Virus record (IMG/VR): IMGVR_UViG_3300037247_001786 | Span: 128,001 to 192,000 of that record | From: a virus | Taxonomy: Duplodnaviria > Caudoviricetes | Length of the DNA stretch: 64,000 nt | Strand: one strand, 5' to 3' | Shown here: positions 1 to 10,268 of the stretch, one piece after another | How positions within the stretch are numbered: position 1 is the first letter of the stretch | Layout: each line of letters begins with the position of its first letter | Made by a program: the position numbers and the translations under genes | Notes under the pieces: model-generated | The model's database searches: none | The model's input: the letters and a program-made list of their open reading frames with translations, nothing else | What the model was told of the DNA's origin: nothing

Positions 1-1
1 G

Positions 2-3000
2 CGTCATAAAGGAATTGTTGGACAAGGGAACACTGTTGGGGTTACGGGTTGGAATTTAGAAATAGGAAGTGAGATGGATATATTTGATTTCCAGATAAGA
101 GATTGGATAGTTCCTGCCGTTGTTCCTAGAAGAATTGATTCTCCAGATGATCAATTTAAAATAACTTTTAACGAATATAGAAGTTGGAAAATAGTAGAAG
201 ATACCCTTCCAGAGGATGAGGCTAAATCTTATTTTAATCAAAGATTTGACAGAATAGAAGGTTGGAGGATGTCAAGTGTAATCACATCTCGTTTAGATGT
301 TATGTGGGCTGCTGATTATAGGGGCATTGTTTTAATGGGAGATAATAGTCCAGCCGTCGTTGTTTTTCCAGTGTCATCGATAAAGGATAGAGAGTGGTTT
401 TTAAATTATGTTAAAGGGCTTGATTTTGTAGAGAAGCACGAAGACCCTATTACGGGGAATATTATTTATGATAATTTAGAGATAAAGATAGACCATATTT
501 ATAAAAAATTAAACAAAATGGCTGAAGGTCCAATTGATATCGGTAGCACTGCTAACGCTCTTAATTTCGATAGGGAAAAAATTCCTTATTATTATGATTT
601 CGCCAAAGCGTTGCAATCGGTTTCTTCTTTCGATGAGGATATTATAGGTGCAGGAGTTGGGATACCAGCCCTTGATGTTTTGTTAAAGCAATTGTTAGAT
701 GATGGAGCTATTCCAGGATTAACTGCTGAATCTTTTTATAAAGAAGAAAATGCTTTCTATATATCCCAAATTGGAATAGCTTTTAATAATGCTACTTGGT
801 CAACTTTAGATTTAAAATATTCAGATTTATCTCTTTCTCATTTTCAATGGTCTCCGATGCAACCTATTGCTACTTGGGATTGTTCTGTAGATTTTCCAAT
901 TAAAGAACATCATTATAATTGTCATACTTATGACCCAGGCGGAGGACCAGGGATTTGGTTTTCTACTAGCTATATAGAAAATGAACTTTTTGAGTGGAGA
1001 CCTCCTGGAGGATTTATAGAAAGTTATTGGAAAATGGACACTCCTTATTTTTGCGGAGAGTTCGGCAAAAAAACTAGAATATATATAGAAAGAGTGGGAG
1101 GAAATAGTTTAGATAATAATAGCTGGATATATGTAGATACTAGAGCTGATGTGCCAGAAACAATATCTATGGATAAAAATATATTGACAGAAGAAGCCTG
1201 TTTATTTTTCTACGACAATGATTATCAAGACAGTGCTTCGTATCATCTATTTTCAGATAATACAGTAAAAGATAGTTTTAAATTTTTAGAGATAAATTTA
1301 GACAAAACTCACGCAAGAGATTTTCTTAATTCTAATGATGATGAATCTGCAATGATAGAAGTTCATAACAATCAAAAAATAATAGGCTATAATAATATTT
1401 TAGGGGATAGCCCTAGTTATAGTAAAGGACAGCCTCTTACTAATGATTTTTCTTATGTTTTTCATAATAATTTAATTGGTTTTTGGCAAGAAGTAGATAT
1501 TTTAAATGGGACTAACCCAAGTGGATTATCCTTCGATTTAGATTTTTCAGAAAATATTCCAAGAATAAACAATATTCCTTCTAATTGGGCGATGAAAGAG
1601 ATAAATATAGAATATAGAATACCTTCCGGAGAAAACATAAAAGTTGGAGAATCTTACATAACCTTATATTTTGAAGAAGAAGAAGTGAGTATAAATAATT
1701 TAGTTATATCTAAAACTACTTTTGAGGATACCTATCTATTAAAAATAAATTGTCAATACTATAATTCCGAGACGATACAATTATTAGGAGACATTTGGAA
1801 AAAAATAGACGTAATTAAGTTTAATGCAATAATTGCGGATACCTTTGAGTTAAATGACGTAAAGATAAAAGAGGGGCAAACCTCAGTTGTTTATGATGGC
1901 AATGGTAAAACTATGGTGTTTTTTGCAGATAGTAAAAATGGGAATATATCTGTCGCTGTTTCTTATAATAACGGTAAGTTATGGAATATTTTCAGAGATA
2001 TAGTGAGGTTAGTATCGGATGAAGTAATTACTCTACCAGTTGCTTTACAAGATAGTAAAACAAAAATGATACATTTATTTTATGTTTTAAATGATTCTTT
2101 TTTAATGTATAAACCTATAGATCCGGAAATGTTTGTTGCTCAGGATATATGGGTAGATTATGTTGCTCCAGATTTTTATGATAACACTTCTACGGATGAT
2201 GATGTAAGCGACGAGTCTTCTTCTTTATATCCATTCTCTGATCCAGGTAGAAGTTTAAGAAGAGGGGTTAGTTATTTTGTATTGGGAGATGCAGAAGATC
2301 AATATTTTATAGATCAGATAACTATCACTAACAATATTTTACTAAATAATAGCTCTAATAATTTGGATCAGAGTATTAGATTTAATTTTCTGGGCGAGAC
2401 CAGTAGTATGGATTCAAAATTTAATGGAAAGCCTTTTGCTGTGAACATAGACAATAGAGGTGTTCCAAGGTTATTTTTTACAGAAGAAGACGGAGGTTTT
2501 TCGATTAAATTTAGTAGGGATTATTTTAGATGGGATTATATAGCTAAAAGTCTTCCATTACATAAAACTTATTTAACTGATGATATAATAGAGGAAGACA
2601 ACACTGTAATCAGTAATATACAGGTAGCTAGAAATTATTATGATGAAGGGTATATATATATCTTTTATTTCTATAGAGGCATGTTATTGATGAGAGTTCT
2701 GTCTCCAGAGATACTTACAGTCGATATCGATGGTAGCGGAGATGTAGATGAGACAAGATTAAGAAAATATCTTGATATTACGTCAAATAGCTACTCTTCT
2801 CTCCCTATATTTATTGTTGGTAACATCCCAGATGATATTTTAAATTTAAGAGTACGGGAATTAGATGATGGATCTGTTTCTCAAATAGCTATACAATTTC
2901 CATATAATAGATCAGATATCCTTAAAAAATTTAATCAAGATTTCGAAATAGACACAAGCACTCAAGTATTTAGTTATATAACTGGTTCGGGAGCGGTTAG

Positions 3001-3097
3001 AGTTTTTTATAAGGATATTTTGGGCAATGTTAATGGAGCTTATATAACAGGGGAACTTCCTGTATTGGAAATTTTTTATGAATTAAAAAAGGAGTAA
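2..3097 (+). CDS. Large putative virion structural protein, probably 5'-truncated by the window edge; C-terminal beta-propeller-like repeats
   Basis: Frame is open from nt 2 (RHKGIVGQGNTVGVTGWNLEIGSE) into the ATG at 74, so the track start may be internal. C-terminal third has repeated blades (GKTMVFFAD..VSYNNGKLW; GVPRLFFTE..FSRDYFRW; GAVRVFYKD). Function inferred from context. Confidence 0.6.
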   Translation, partial: RHKGIVGQGNTVGVTGWNLEIGSEMDIFDFQIRDWIVPAVVPRRIDSPDDQFKITFNEYRSWKIVEDTLPEDEAKSYFNQRFDRIEGWRMSSVITSRLDVMWAADYRGIVLMGDNSPAVVVFPVSSIKDREWFLNYVKGLDFVEKHEDPITGNIIYDNLEIKIDHIYKKLNKMAEGPIDIGSTANALNFDREKIPYYYDFAKALQSVSSFDEDIIGAGVGIPALDVLLKQLLDDGAIPGLTAESFYKEENAFYISQIGIAFNNATWSTLDLKYSDLSLSHFQWSPMQPIATWDCSVDFPIKEHHYNCHTYDPGGGPGIWFSTSYIENELFEWRPPGGFIESYWKMDTPYFCGEFGKKTRIYIERVGGNSLDNNSWIYVDTRADVPETISMDKNILTEEACLFFYDNDYQDSASYHLFSDNTVKDSFKFLEINLDKTHARDFLNSNDDESAMIEVHNNQKIIGYNNILGDSPSYSKGQPLTNDFSYVFHNNLIGFWQEVDILNGTNPSGLSFDLDFSENIPRINNIPSNWAMKEINIEYRIPSGENIKVGESYITLYFEEEEVSINNLVISKTTFEDTYLLKINCQYYNSETIQLLGDIWKKIDVIKFNAIIADTFELNDVKIKEGQTSVVYDGNGKTMVFFADSKNGNISVAVSYNNGKLWNIFRDIVRLVSDEVITLPVALQDSKTKMIHLFYVLNDSFLMYKPIDPEMFVAQDIWVDYVAPDFYDNTSTDDDVSDESSSLYPFSDPGRSLRRGVSYFVLGDAEDQYFIDQITITNNILLNNSSNNLDQSIRFNFLGETSSMDSKFNGKPFAVNIDNRGVPRLFFTEEDGGFSIKFSRDYFRWDYIAKSLPLHKTYLTDDIIEEDNTVISNIQVARNYYDEGYIYIFYFYRGMLLMRVLSPEILTVDIDGSGDVDETRLRKYLDITSNSYSSLPIFIVGNIPDDILNLRVRELDDGSVSQIAIQFPYNRSDILKKFNQDFEIDTSTQVFSYITGSGAVRVFYKDILGNVNGAYITGELPVLEIFYELKKE

Positions 3098-3105
3098 TCT
3101 ATTAA

Positions 3106-6100
3106 ATGGGACTTTTTGATAGCGACGACATTAATCTATATAGAAATAATATACTAGAGATACCTTGGGACAAGTTAGAAGGAGTCCCTACTAACTTAAC
3201 AGGTGATCCTCCAGCTATTAATCAAGGAGTTGTACAGGTTCGTTGTTTCATACATCCCTATTGTCCTTTCGTAAAAGTTCCAAAAGAAGAATATGATCTT
3301 GTTTTTAATTCTTTAACTATGCCTGTTATAAATGAGGCTTTACCAGATGACGCTAAAAAATCTTTAACAACTACTGGTGGGTTAGAAGGGGTTCATTTTA
3401 CTGAAAAATATATCTATAGGCATAATTATATACAAAGAGAAATTCTGAGACAAACGACCCCCCCTAGTACTTGGGCAGTTGAGATAGAAAATTCTAAAAA
3501 TGCTCTTGAATCGGTATATGAGACAAGGTATAGAGAAGAACAAACATGGCTTATTAGAGAGAGCCCTTTTGACGGTGAATTTAATACAGTAGATTCAAAT
3601 TTATTTATTTCTTTATCTTCTCAAATAGACTCTGCATCAATAGCTCAGTGGGGATATCATTATCCATCTTTTACTTCTTCTTATACAACTACAGATGAGT
3701 TGTTGGATTATAAAAAAGATTATTACGAAGATAATAGCCAAAATTTTAATAAAGACAACAAAGGGATAAATACTACTAATGTTCAGATGCCTAGACAAAC
3801 GGCGACAACGGATTCTTTAGGAGAGTCTGTTCACTGGAGAGTAGAAAAGAAAACTCCTTTATATAGAGGAGAGGATTTCTTTATAGAATTTCATAGACAT
3901 GCCAAATCTGCGAATATAAATAGTAAGAGAACAGGAGATGATAAAAATACAATTCCGTTCAATCCTAGTTTTGAAAATTATAGATCAATAGATGTTTTTG
4001 GAGACGAATATGGAAATAACACTGAATACGACATAGCTGGTGATGAAACTTTAAAAGTTTTTATCAATAGGGCTGTAAGAGAAAGTGATGACCCAGAGGA
4101 AAGGTCATCTTTTAGATTATTTGACCAAGCATATTATATTATAGAAATGGGAGATATTACTTCAGTTAATACAGATGGCAAAAAGGAACATTATTTTATA
4201 ATTATAACAGAAAGAGATTATCCTATTTTTGTTGCGATAGATACCATAGATGGTGCTGATGATTTTGAATATTCCAGAGTTCTTTCTACTTTTAAAGAAG
4301 GAGGGATTCATGGCTCGGCTCTTATAAATGCGGAAAAAATGAGAATTACAGTTAGAAATCATTTAGGTAAATTAGCAATAACATTTGATATAGATGGGAA
4401 TAGAAGCAACCCTTGGATTATTGAAAGAACAGATTATTTAACAATTAATCAGTTAGCAGGAGCTATCTCCTCTGGGGGACAGTCTATTGACGATAAAGGG
4501 TCAATTGGAACGCCTTTAACTGTTCCTAACTCTACAATTCATTTATGGGGAGGTAATCTTTTATGCGGATTCGTATTTGGTCCGTTGCAATACTCAAGAG
4601 AAAAAATAGAATTTGTTTGGCCTCAACAACACTCTTTGCCAGATAATACTAAGATTAGTGCTAGGCTTACTACTTCAGATGATTTTATTCATGACATGGA
4701 AAGATATCAAGATATCCCTGGAACTCCCACAGATGTAGATCCATTATTTACCCAGCAAGCTCATTTTTATAAGCAGTGGGGTCGATCCAATCAATTTTCA
4801 GATTTAGATGACGTTAAAAATGGAGTATTCTTCTATGGAAGAGGAGTAGACCCCCTTATAGCTTTATCTCCTGATGAAACTAGTGTAGGGGTAAGAGACT
4901 CTTCAATATTTCTTAGTATTAAAGGATCGCCCACTTCTCTTTCTGGGTATACATGGCATGACGTAGACCGTCACAGACAAAAGTTCTATTTAAAACTTAA
5001 TTTAACTACTGGGAGTCATAAATTTAGCAATTCGGAACAGGAAGGCTGGAGAGGTATAGCCTCAGGAGGAACAGTGACGTCCGATAGTATTCTTAGTGAT
5101 GATGAGTGGATAGTTAATTCGTGCAAAACTCCTATCCTTACTTCTATTAGATTGGTAGGGGAAGTGAACGACGATGAGCCTCGTTGGGCTGACGGGACAA
5201 CCTCTTCAGGATATGATGGGCTTCCTAATCCTAGTGCTCCCCACTTTAGGGATGTATCTCACCACGTTACTTCTTATAATGAGAATTGGAGTTCTTCTGA
5301 TTTTTATGAGATAGAGCATACAGGAACAATTAATTTTTTATTGAAAGAAGTTGCAATTGATGTGAATGGAGTTATAACTTCTTTTGACGATAGCGAATAT
5401 TTAAAATCACTACAAGATAAATCTTTTTATATAGAAGTGTGGGCTGGTTACGAACCTCTAGGAGTGACAGGTAAAGAGTATACTCAGATGAATGGATTTT
5501 ATAAGTTATTTACAGGAATATGTTATGGGGGAATGGTAGATAAGACTCAAAGCAGAGAAATGATGACTTGCAAGATACACGACTACAAGAAAATACTTCA
5601 GGACCAAAAGTTTTTTAACTCTCCTTTTTTTGATGGAATGAGAGATGTTAATGCTGTTTTGGAAATTATGAATATGGCTGGCTTTAGGTCAAAGGGTCCC
5701 GCTGATCCAGGTAAGTATTTAAGAGATATGAAAGAAGACGATTTCTCAACTCCTATATACTATACGACCTCTGACGGTAGATTTTTTATTGATAATAAAT
5801 ATGCTTTGCCGAGTTCGTACAGAAGAATAGAACAAGCATTTTTTAAATTTGAGGCTGGGTCTACACTTTACGATGGAATAATAAAAATAGCTCATAACGC
5901 TTCAAAATTATTTTATTTTGATCAACATGGAGTTGCTCATTTTGAGAGTTATTTAGATTTGGAAAGGAATCGAATTCTTGGAGGAGAAGAGGGTCAAGGG
6001 GCAGGCGGTCTTTTCGCATTTACGAGCAATCATACTCTCTATGATGGTCAATTGATATATAATAAATTAGAAAAACAATTTAGGGTCGAAGATGTTCATA

Positions 6101-6465
6101 ATCATTTAAAAATTATGTCTGCTACTCCAAATAAAGAGATACTTTTCGCTGATGATCTTAGATGGGAGTCTTTAGATGATCCAACTCAAGAAGGATTTTT
6201 AGGTTATAAAAAACTATTTTATCAAAGAGCAGGATTTTTAGGATCAGAGGGGGCAGTTAGGAAACTTATTGATTTTTATAGAGTTATGTTTAGGCCAGAG
6301 GTTTTTGTGAAATTTGAGACTCACGGAATACCAATAAGGGCTACAGACCACATATGGGTAGATAATGAATTTCTAAGAGTTTCAAAAGTAACGCATAATA
6401 TAGATGCTAAAGAAAATAAGTGGTGGATGAATGTTGAAGGAGAAAGGATGCAACCTGTCCAATAA
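3106..6465 (+). CDS. Putative tail/baseplate hub-like protein (1119 aa)
   Basis: C-terminal ~350 aa has the layout of phage tail-hub proteins (EVWAGY..LFTG..MTCKIHDYKKIL; LFYFDQHGVAHF; VKFETHGIPIRATDHIWVDNEFLRVSKVTHNI). Pattern recognition only. Confidence 0.45.
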   Translation: MGLFDSDDINLYRNNILEIPWDKLEGVPTNLTGDPPAINQGVVQVRCFIHPYCPFVKVPKEEYDLVFNSLTMPVINEALPDDAKKSLTTTGGLEGVHFTEKYIYRHNYIQREILRQTTPPSTWAVEIENSKNALESVYETRYREEQTWLIRESPFDGEFNTVDSNLFISLSSQIDSASIAQWGYHYPSFTSSYTTTDELLDYKKDYYEDNSQNFNKDNKGINTTNVQMPRQTATTDSLGESVHWRVEKKTPLYRGEDFFIEFHRHAKSANINSKRTGDDKNTIPFNPSFENYRSIDVFGDEYGNNTEYDIAGDETLKVFINRAVRESDDPEERSSFRLFDQAYYIIEMGDITSVNTDGKKEHYFIIITERDYPIFVAIDTIDGADDFEYSRVLSTFKEGGIHGSALINAEKMRITVRNHLGKLAITFDIDGNRSNPWIIERTDYLTINQLAGAISSGGQSIDDKGSIGTPLTVPNSTIHLWGGNLLCGFVFGPLQYSREKIEFVWPQQHSLPDNTKISARLTTSDDFIHDMERYQDIPGTPTDVDPLFTQQAHFYKQWGRSNQFSDLDDVKNGVFFYGRGVDPLIALSPDETSVGVRDSSIFLSIKGSPTSLSGYTWHDVDRHRQKFYLKLNLTTGSHKFSNSEQEGWRGIASGGTVTSDSILSDDEWIVNSCKTPILTSIRLVGEVNDDEPRWADGTTSSGYDGLPNPSAPHFRDVSHHVTSYNENWSSSDFYEIEHTGTINFLLKEVAIDVNGVITSFDDSEYLKSLQDKSFYIEVWAGYEPLGVTGKEYTQMNGFYKLFTGICYGGMVDKTQSREMMTCKIHDYKKILQDQKFFNSPFFDGMRDVNAVLEIMNMAGFRSKGPADPGKYLRDMKEDDFSTPIYYTTSDGRFFIDNKYALPSSYRRIEQAFFKFEAGSTLYDGIIKIAHNASKLFYFDQHGVAHFESYLDLERNRILGGEEGQGAGGLFAFTSNHTLYDGQLIYNKLEKQFRVEDVHNHLKIMSATPNKEILFADDLRWESLDDPTQEGFLGYKKLFYQRAGFLGSEGAVRKLIDFYRVMFRPEVFVKFETHGIPIRATDHIWVDNEFLRVSKVTHNIDAKENKWWMNVEGERMQPVQ

Positions 6466-6497
6466 TAAGTAGGGTAAATATATAATAGGAGTAAAAA

Positions 6498-6725
6498 ATG
6501 AGTTTTAATACAGCTTCAAATGCTGGTTCATCTTTTGGTAGAAGAATCAGTCGAAATTTAGAGAATGTCATGGACGCTTCATCAACAGCTCATGATAGAT
6601 CGATAATGAATGTTAGAGCAGATATGCAACAAAGATATGGGGCAATGCAGATGATGGATGTATATCCTAATCAATATGCTATGTTCGGAAGTTGGGCTAA
6701 TAGCAGCACTACAGTTGCTCCCTAA
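6498..6725 (+). CDS. Small hypothetical protein (75 aa, Met/Ala/Ser-rich)
   Basis: AGGAG SD upstream of the ATG, preceded by TAAATATATAAT; fills the gap between two large genes. Confidence 0.75.
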   Translation: MSFNTASNAGSSFGRRISRNLENVMDASSTAHDRSIMNVRADMQQRYGAMQMMDVYPNQYAMFGSWANSSTTVAP

Positions 6726-6740
6726 ATAAAGGAAACAGTT

Positions 6741-9700
6741 ATGGGTACCACAAGATTTTTTAGTTTAGCTTTCTTTGATTTCGGAGATCAGCTTGATTCT
6801 CAGTTGAATGTGAACAAAGAAATAGACAGGTTTGTCCTTATAGATAAACAGCTCTATGGGCTGTATAGTATCTTTGGAAACGGAGTTATTAATGGATGGT
6901 CGGTTACAGATGGAGGATCATCTCAAACAGAGGGAATTGCTGTAAATGTTTCTACAGGTTTAGGTATTATTAATTTTATATCTTCCCAGACTGATCTTCC
7001 TGGTAAAGTTATTCATTTAACGCCTAATTCTACTCAGTATATTTATGCGGTTTTAACGGGCAACACTACTAGAACTAGGGTTATTAATTTTAAAAAATCC
7101 AGCAGTAGTACATATAATAATAATGCTATATTATTAGCAAAAGTTGTTACTAGCAGCACTGGCGTTGCTTTTATTGATAACAACGTAAGAGATTTAATTA
7201 GCTTTGAGTCAATAATACAAAATGAGATAGATGAGCATAAGCACAGGGGATCTCCTTCTAAAATAGACTTACAAGAAGAAATAAAAAATCAATTACCAGG
7301 AGCAAGAATAGAAAGTTTAGATGCGTCAAAAATAACCAGCGGCGTTTTGGGAATTGATGCGATTCCTCTTATAGACCATAACGAGTTAGAAAACAAGGGT
7401 CTTTTAACTCATGCCGCATTAGATTCTTTTGTGAGAAGTTTATCTCAAAACAATAAAGAATTATTGGGAGAGATATCAACCGTTAACTTATTAAAAACAC
7501 AGATATTTCTTAAATATATTCATCCGGAAGTTGACCAATATTGGATTAACGAATTTGTGTTAATACCAGGAATAAGTCCAGACAGTTTTATAGATTTTGC
7601 TTCTTCTACAGCTAATATAGATTTAGTTAATCAATGTATTAGTGGAATCCCTGCACGAACAGGACTATTTACGTCAGTTTTTTGGAGAGATCAACAATCT
7701 TTTTCAAATACTCATTATAGAAATAATGTTGTAATCTCTAATGGGGAAGTGTCTCTAGAGCGTTCAGGTGAAAATATATTACAGATAGAAGGATTTAATA
7801 ATTTTGGACAAGGTCAGGGAAGTGTTATTAACGCTTTTACCTCTGAGATAGTCGCGACAGAAGAGTCTGTATCTGTTACGGCAGATATTTCTGATCAAAA
7901 TAAGGTAGAGGGCGATGCCGCTGGATCTTTCAGTGCCAGCAATTCTTTACAAGCACGGTATACAAAGGATTTAAGAACGGATATAGGAAATAATATAGGT
8001 CAAAATTGGTCAACAGATTACGACGAGTTATCTTTATGGGTTAAAACAATTGATCAAGTTCACGAAGCGGTATATTTAAAAATAATAACATATGACCAGT
8101 CATTAGGAGCTGAAGTAGTTCTTCCAGAAATAACATTAATAGATAAAGATCACGTTACAACAAATACAGATAGTACTAAAAATGAATTTGAAGAGATAAT
8201 AGTCAGTTTGGTGGATTTAGACGTTTCAAATGTAACTAAAGTTATGTTTTATACAGACGAAATTAGTAATACATTTAATTTCTTTGTGGACGATATGCAT
8301 GTTAGGAGAAGAAATTTAGTTGTTCCGAGCGGGACAGTTAGATATCGTTATATTACGGAGTCAGATATAGTTTTTCACTCTATATGGCACGAGTCTGTCA
8401 CCCCAGACAATACAGAAGTTCAAGTGAGAGTAAAAACTGCGTCTTCTACTTCTTTATTAAATAGGTCTTCATATAGCTTACCTGTGGTTACAGGAGATGT
8501 TTTTGCATTAGCTGGTTCAGCGATAGAGATAGAGGTTATTCTATTGTCATCTGATAATACTGCAACTCCAGTATTGGATTATCTTGAGTTAAGGCTTTTA
8601 GTCGATGGTGATTTTAGCGGATTCGAGATAAACACAGAAAGTGAATGGAACGAGGGAACGCTTCAGAATATAGCCGTTGAAGATACTGAATCTGAGGACT
8701 CTAATCTTACTATATCATCACCAATTAATGTAGGTGGTTTTTATTTTGCACAAAATGATTCAGCGAGCGAAATGAATGATACGAATGTTGGTCAAATAGG
8801 TTTTAGCGGTAGCTTTATGCCCATATCATCTAATCAGGCTTTAAAGTGGTCATCTAACCCGTATAAAAAATTCGATTACTTAACGTCGATAGTTAGGAAA
8901 TTTGATAAAAGTTATTTGATAGCTGATACCAATAATGATAGGGTTCTAGAAGTTGATTCAGCAGGTAATCTTATTAAAGGATATGGAACGAGCTATGCAA
9001 CTATCGAGGCTGAAGAATTATACCCTTTATCATTTGTATATAATCAAGAATCGCATATTCTTTCTATCGCTTTCACTAAAGCTGTAGAGCTTCAAGATAT
9101 TACAAAAATAGTTTTTTATATTAGTTCTTTAAAGTTCCCTTTAACCACACAAGATATTCTTATTAGTTTCGACAAGTCTGGAGGGAGAGTGATTGAAATT
9201 CAGCTTTCAGATGACACCTGGGTATCTTTGGCTAATCTAACAACTAGTCATACTTCTGATTTAACAGTTGATATAGAAGCTGATGCATTTACAGCAGAGA
9301 TTATAGATTCTTCTGGAGAATTATTATCTCCGGGATTATATGGATGGGAATGTTTCGTCGGAGATTTTACTTACATAGACAATATTAGTCATCCTATATT
9401 TGTTGATATTCTAGAAAATGGCAATTGGGTTGTTGCTAATGCTTTTGTCAATTTTGATAGTACCGAAGAGGAGGGGGTTGAGAATACTAATAGTTCCCCA
9501 GGTATACTTGAGTTCGATCCTGACACTGGATTAGAAGTTTATAGTTCTGATTTGACAGTTTTTTCAGATTTCACTTTAGGATCTATACTTGAATATCAAG
9601 ATAATAAATTTTTAATTGCATGTATGAAAGAAGGAGAGACAATTGATAGTGCCGTTGATAGTGATACTATTAGGTCTATAGGCACAGATAAAGCTATTTT

Positions 9701-9998
9701 TAGAGCATCTGCTGTCGATTCGTTGACAAATTATAGAGGTAAGGTATTAATTCTTGATAAGGTGAATAATAAGTTTACGACTCTCTATAGTTCTCCAGAC
9801 GGGTTGTATCCATCAGATGTTGATATGTATGCTGATGGAAGCGTTCTTGTTTCTGAGTCTAGTTTTGCCGAATCGAGTGGCAGATTAATAAAGTTAGATT
9901 CATTTGGAAATATTACATGGGTTTTTGGAACTGGCACTTTTAATATAATTAGAGATGCAAAGGTTGTTTCGGTTGATAATATAATGGTAAGCATATAG
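6741..9998 (+). CDS. Putative tail fibre/appendage protein with C-terminal NHL-type propeller (1085 aa)
   Basis: N-terminal domain paralogous to that of 29999..35797; LDASKITSG fibre-type repeat; NHL-like blades YLIADTNNDRVLEVD and YPSDVDMYADGSVLVSE; AAGGA SD. Confidence 0.6.
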   Translation: MGTTRFFSLAFFDFGDQLDSQLNVNKEIDRFVLIDKQLYGLYSIFGNGVINGWSVTDGGSSQTEGIAVNVSTGLGIINFISSQTDLPGKVIHLTPNSTQYIYAVLTGNTTRTRVINFKKSSSSTYNNNAILLAKVVTSSTGVAFIDNNVRDLISFESIIQNEIDEHKHRGSPSKIDLQEEIKNQLPGARIESLDASKITSGVLGIDAIPLIDHNELENKGLLTHAALDSFVRSLSQNNKELLGEISTVNLLKTQIFLKYIHPEVDQYWINEFVLIPGISPDSFIDFASSTANIDLVNQCISGIPARTGLFTSVFWRDQQSFSNTHYRNNVVISNGEVSLERSGENILQIEGFNNFGQGQGSVINAFTSEIVATEESVSVTADISDQNKVEGDAAGSFSASNSLQARYTKDLRTDIGNNIGQNWSTDYDELSLWVKTIDQVHEAVYLKIITYDQSLGAEVVLPEITLIDKDHVTTNTDSTKNEFEEIIVSLVDLDVSNVTKVMFYTDEISNTFNFFVDDMHVRRRNLVVPSGTVRYRYITESDIVFHSIWHESVTPDNTEVQVRVKTASSTSLLNRSSYSLPVVTGDVFALAGSAIEIEVILLSSDNTATPVLDYLELRLLVDGDFSGFEINTESEWNEGTLQNIAVEDTESEDSNLTISSPINVGGFYFAQNDSASEMNDTNVGQIGFSGSFMPISSNQALKWSSNPYKKFDYLTSIVRKFDKSYLIADTNNDRVLEVDSAGNLIKGYGTSYATIEAEELYPLSFVYNQESHILSIAFTKAVELQDITKIVFYISSLKFPLTTQDILISFDKSGGRVIEIQLSDDTWVSLANLTTSHTSDLTVDIEADAFTAEIIDSSGELLSPGLYGWECFVGDFTYIDNISHPIFVDILENGNWVVANAFVNFDSTEEEGVENTNSSPGILEFDPDTGLEVYSSDLTVFSDFTLGSILEYQDNKFLIACMKEGETIDSAVDSDTIRSIGTDKAIFRASAVDSLTNYRGKVLILDKVNNKFTTLYSSPDGLYPSDVDMYADGSVLVSESSFAESSGRLIKLDSFGNITWVFGTGTFNIIRDAKVVSVDNIMVSI

Positions 9999-10006
9999 AA
10001 TTAAAG

Positions 10007-10039
10007 AAAAAAGAAGGATTTCTCCGATAATATTACAAT
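10007..10039 (+). promoter_or_regulatory. Candidate promoter motif AAAAAAGAAGGAT followed by TACAAT, upstream of RHH gene 1
   Basis: The same 13-mer occurs at 49278-49290 at near-identical distance (58 vs 60 nt) from the other RHH start codon; TACAAT lies 15 nt after AAGGA. Confidence 0.5.
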
Positions 10040-10076
10040 AGAATAATATAGTTTATTATTTTATAGGAGAAGTTTA

Positions 10077-10268
10077 ATGAAAAAAGAAAGATATACAGAA
10101 GAAATAAGAATAGTAGCTCCCCCTTCGCTATATAAACCATTTGTTGAAAAATGTGAAAAGCAGTACAAGACTATATCTCAAGTGCTGAGAGAATTAATGG
10201 TGGAATATATTATTGACGACATTCAGAAAGAAGGCGAGGATAGCGTTAATGAAAAAGCTAATCTATAA
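10077..10268 (+). CDS. Ribbon-helix-helix (CopG/MetJ-like) DNA-binding protein
   Basis: AGGAG SD; EEIRIVAPPSLYKPFVEKCEKQYKTISQVLRELMVEYI fits strand-helix-turn-helix with the typical SxVLRxL second helix. Confidence 0.75.
   Translation: MKKERYTEEIRIVAPPSLYKPFVEKCEKQYKTISQVLRELMVEYIIDDIQKEGEDSVNEKANL

Noticed and set aside
10042-10060. 7-bp inverted repeat AATAATA/TATTATT as a confirmed RHH operator
   Set aside because: All A/T in an AT-rich gap, so it is likely by chance; mentioned only as part of the cassette hypothesis.
10213-10248. Track start (TTG) of the first HNH gene
   Set aside because: The ATG at 10249 has a well-spaced GAGGA and coincides with the start of the first repeat.
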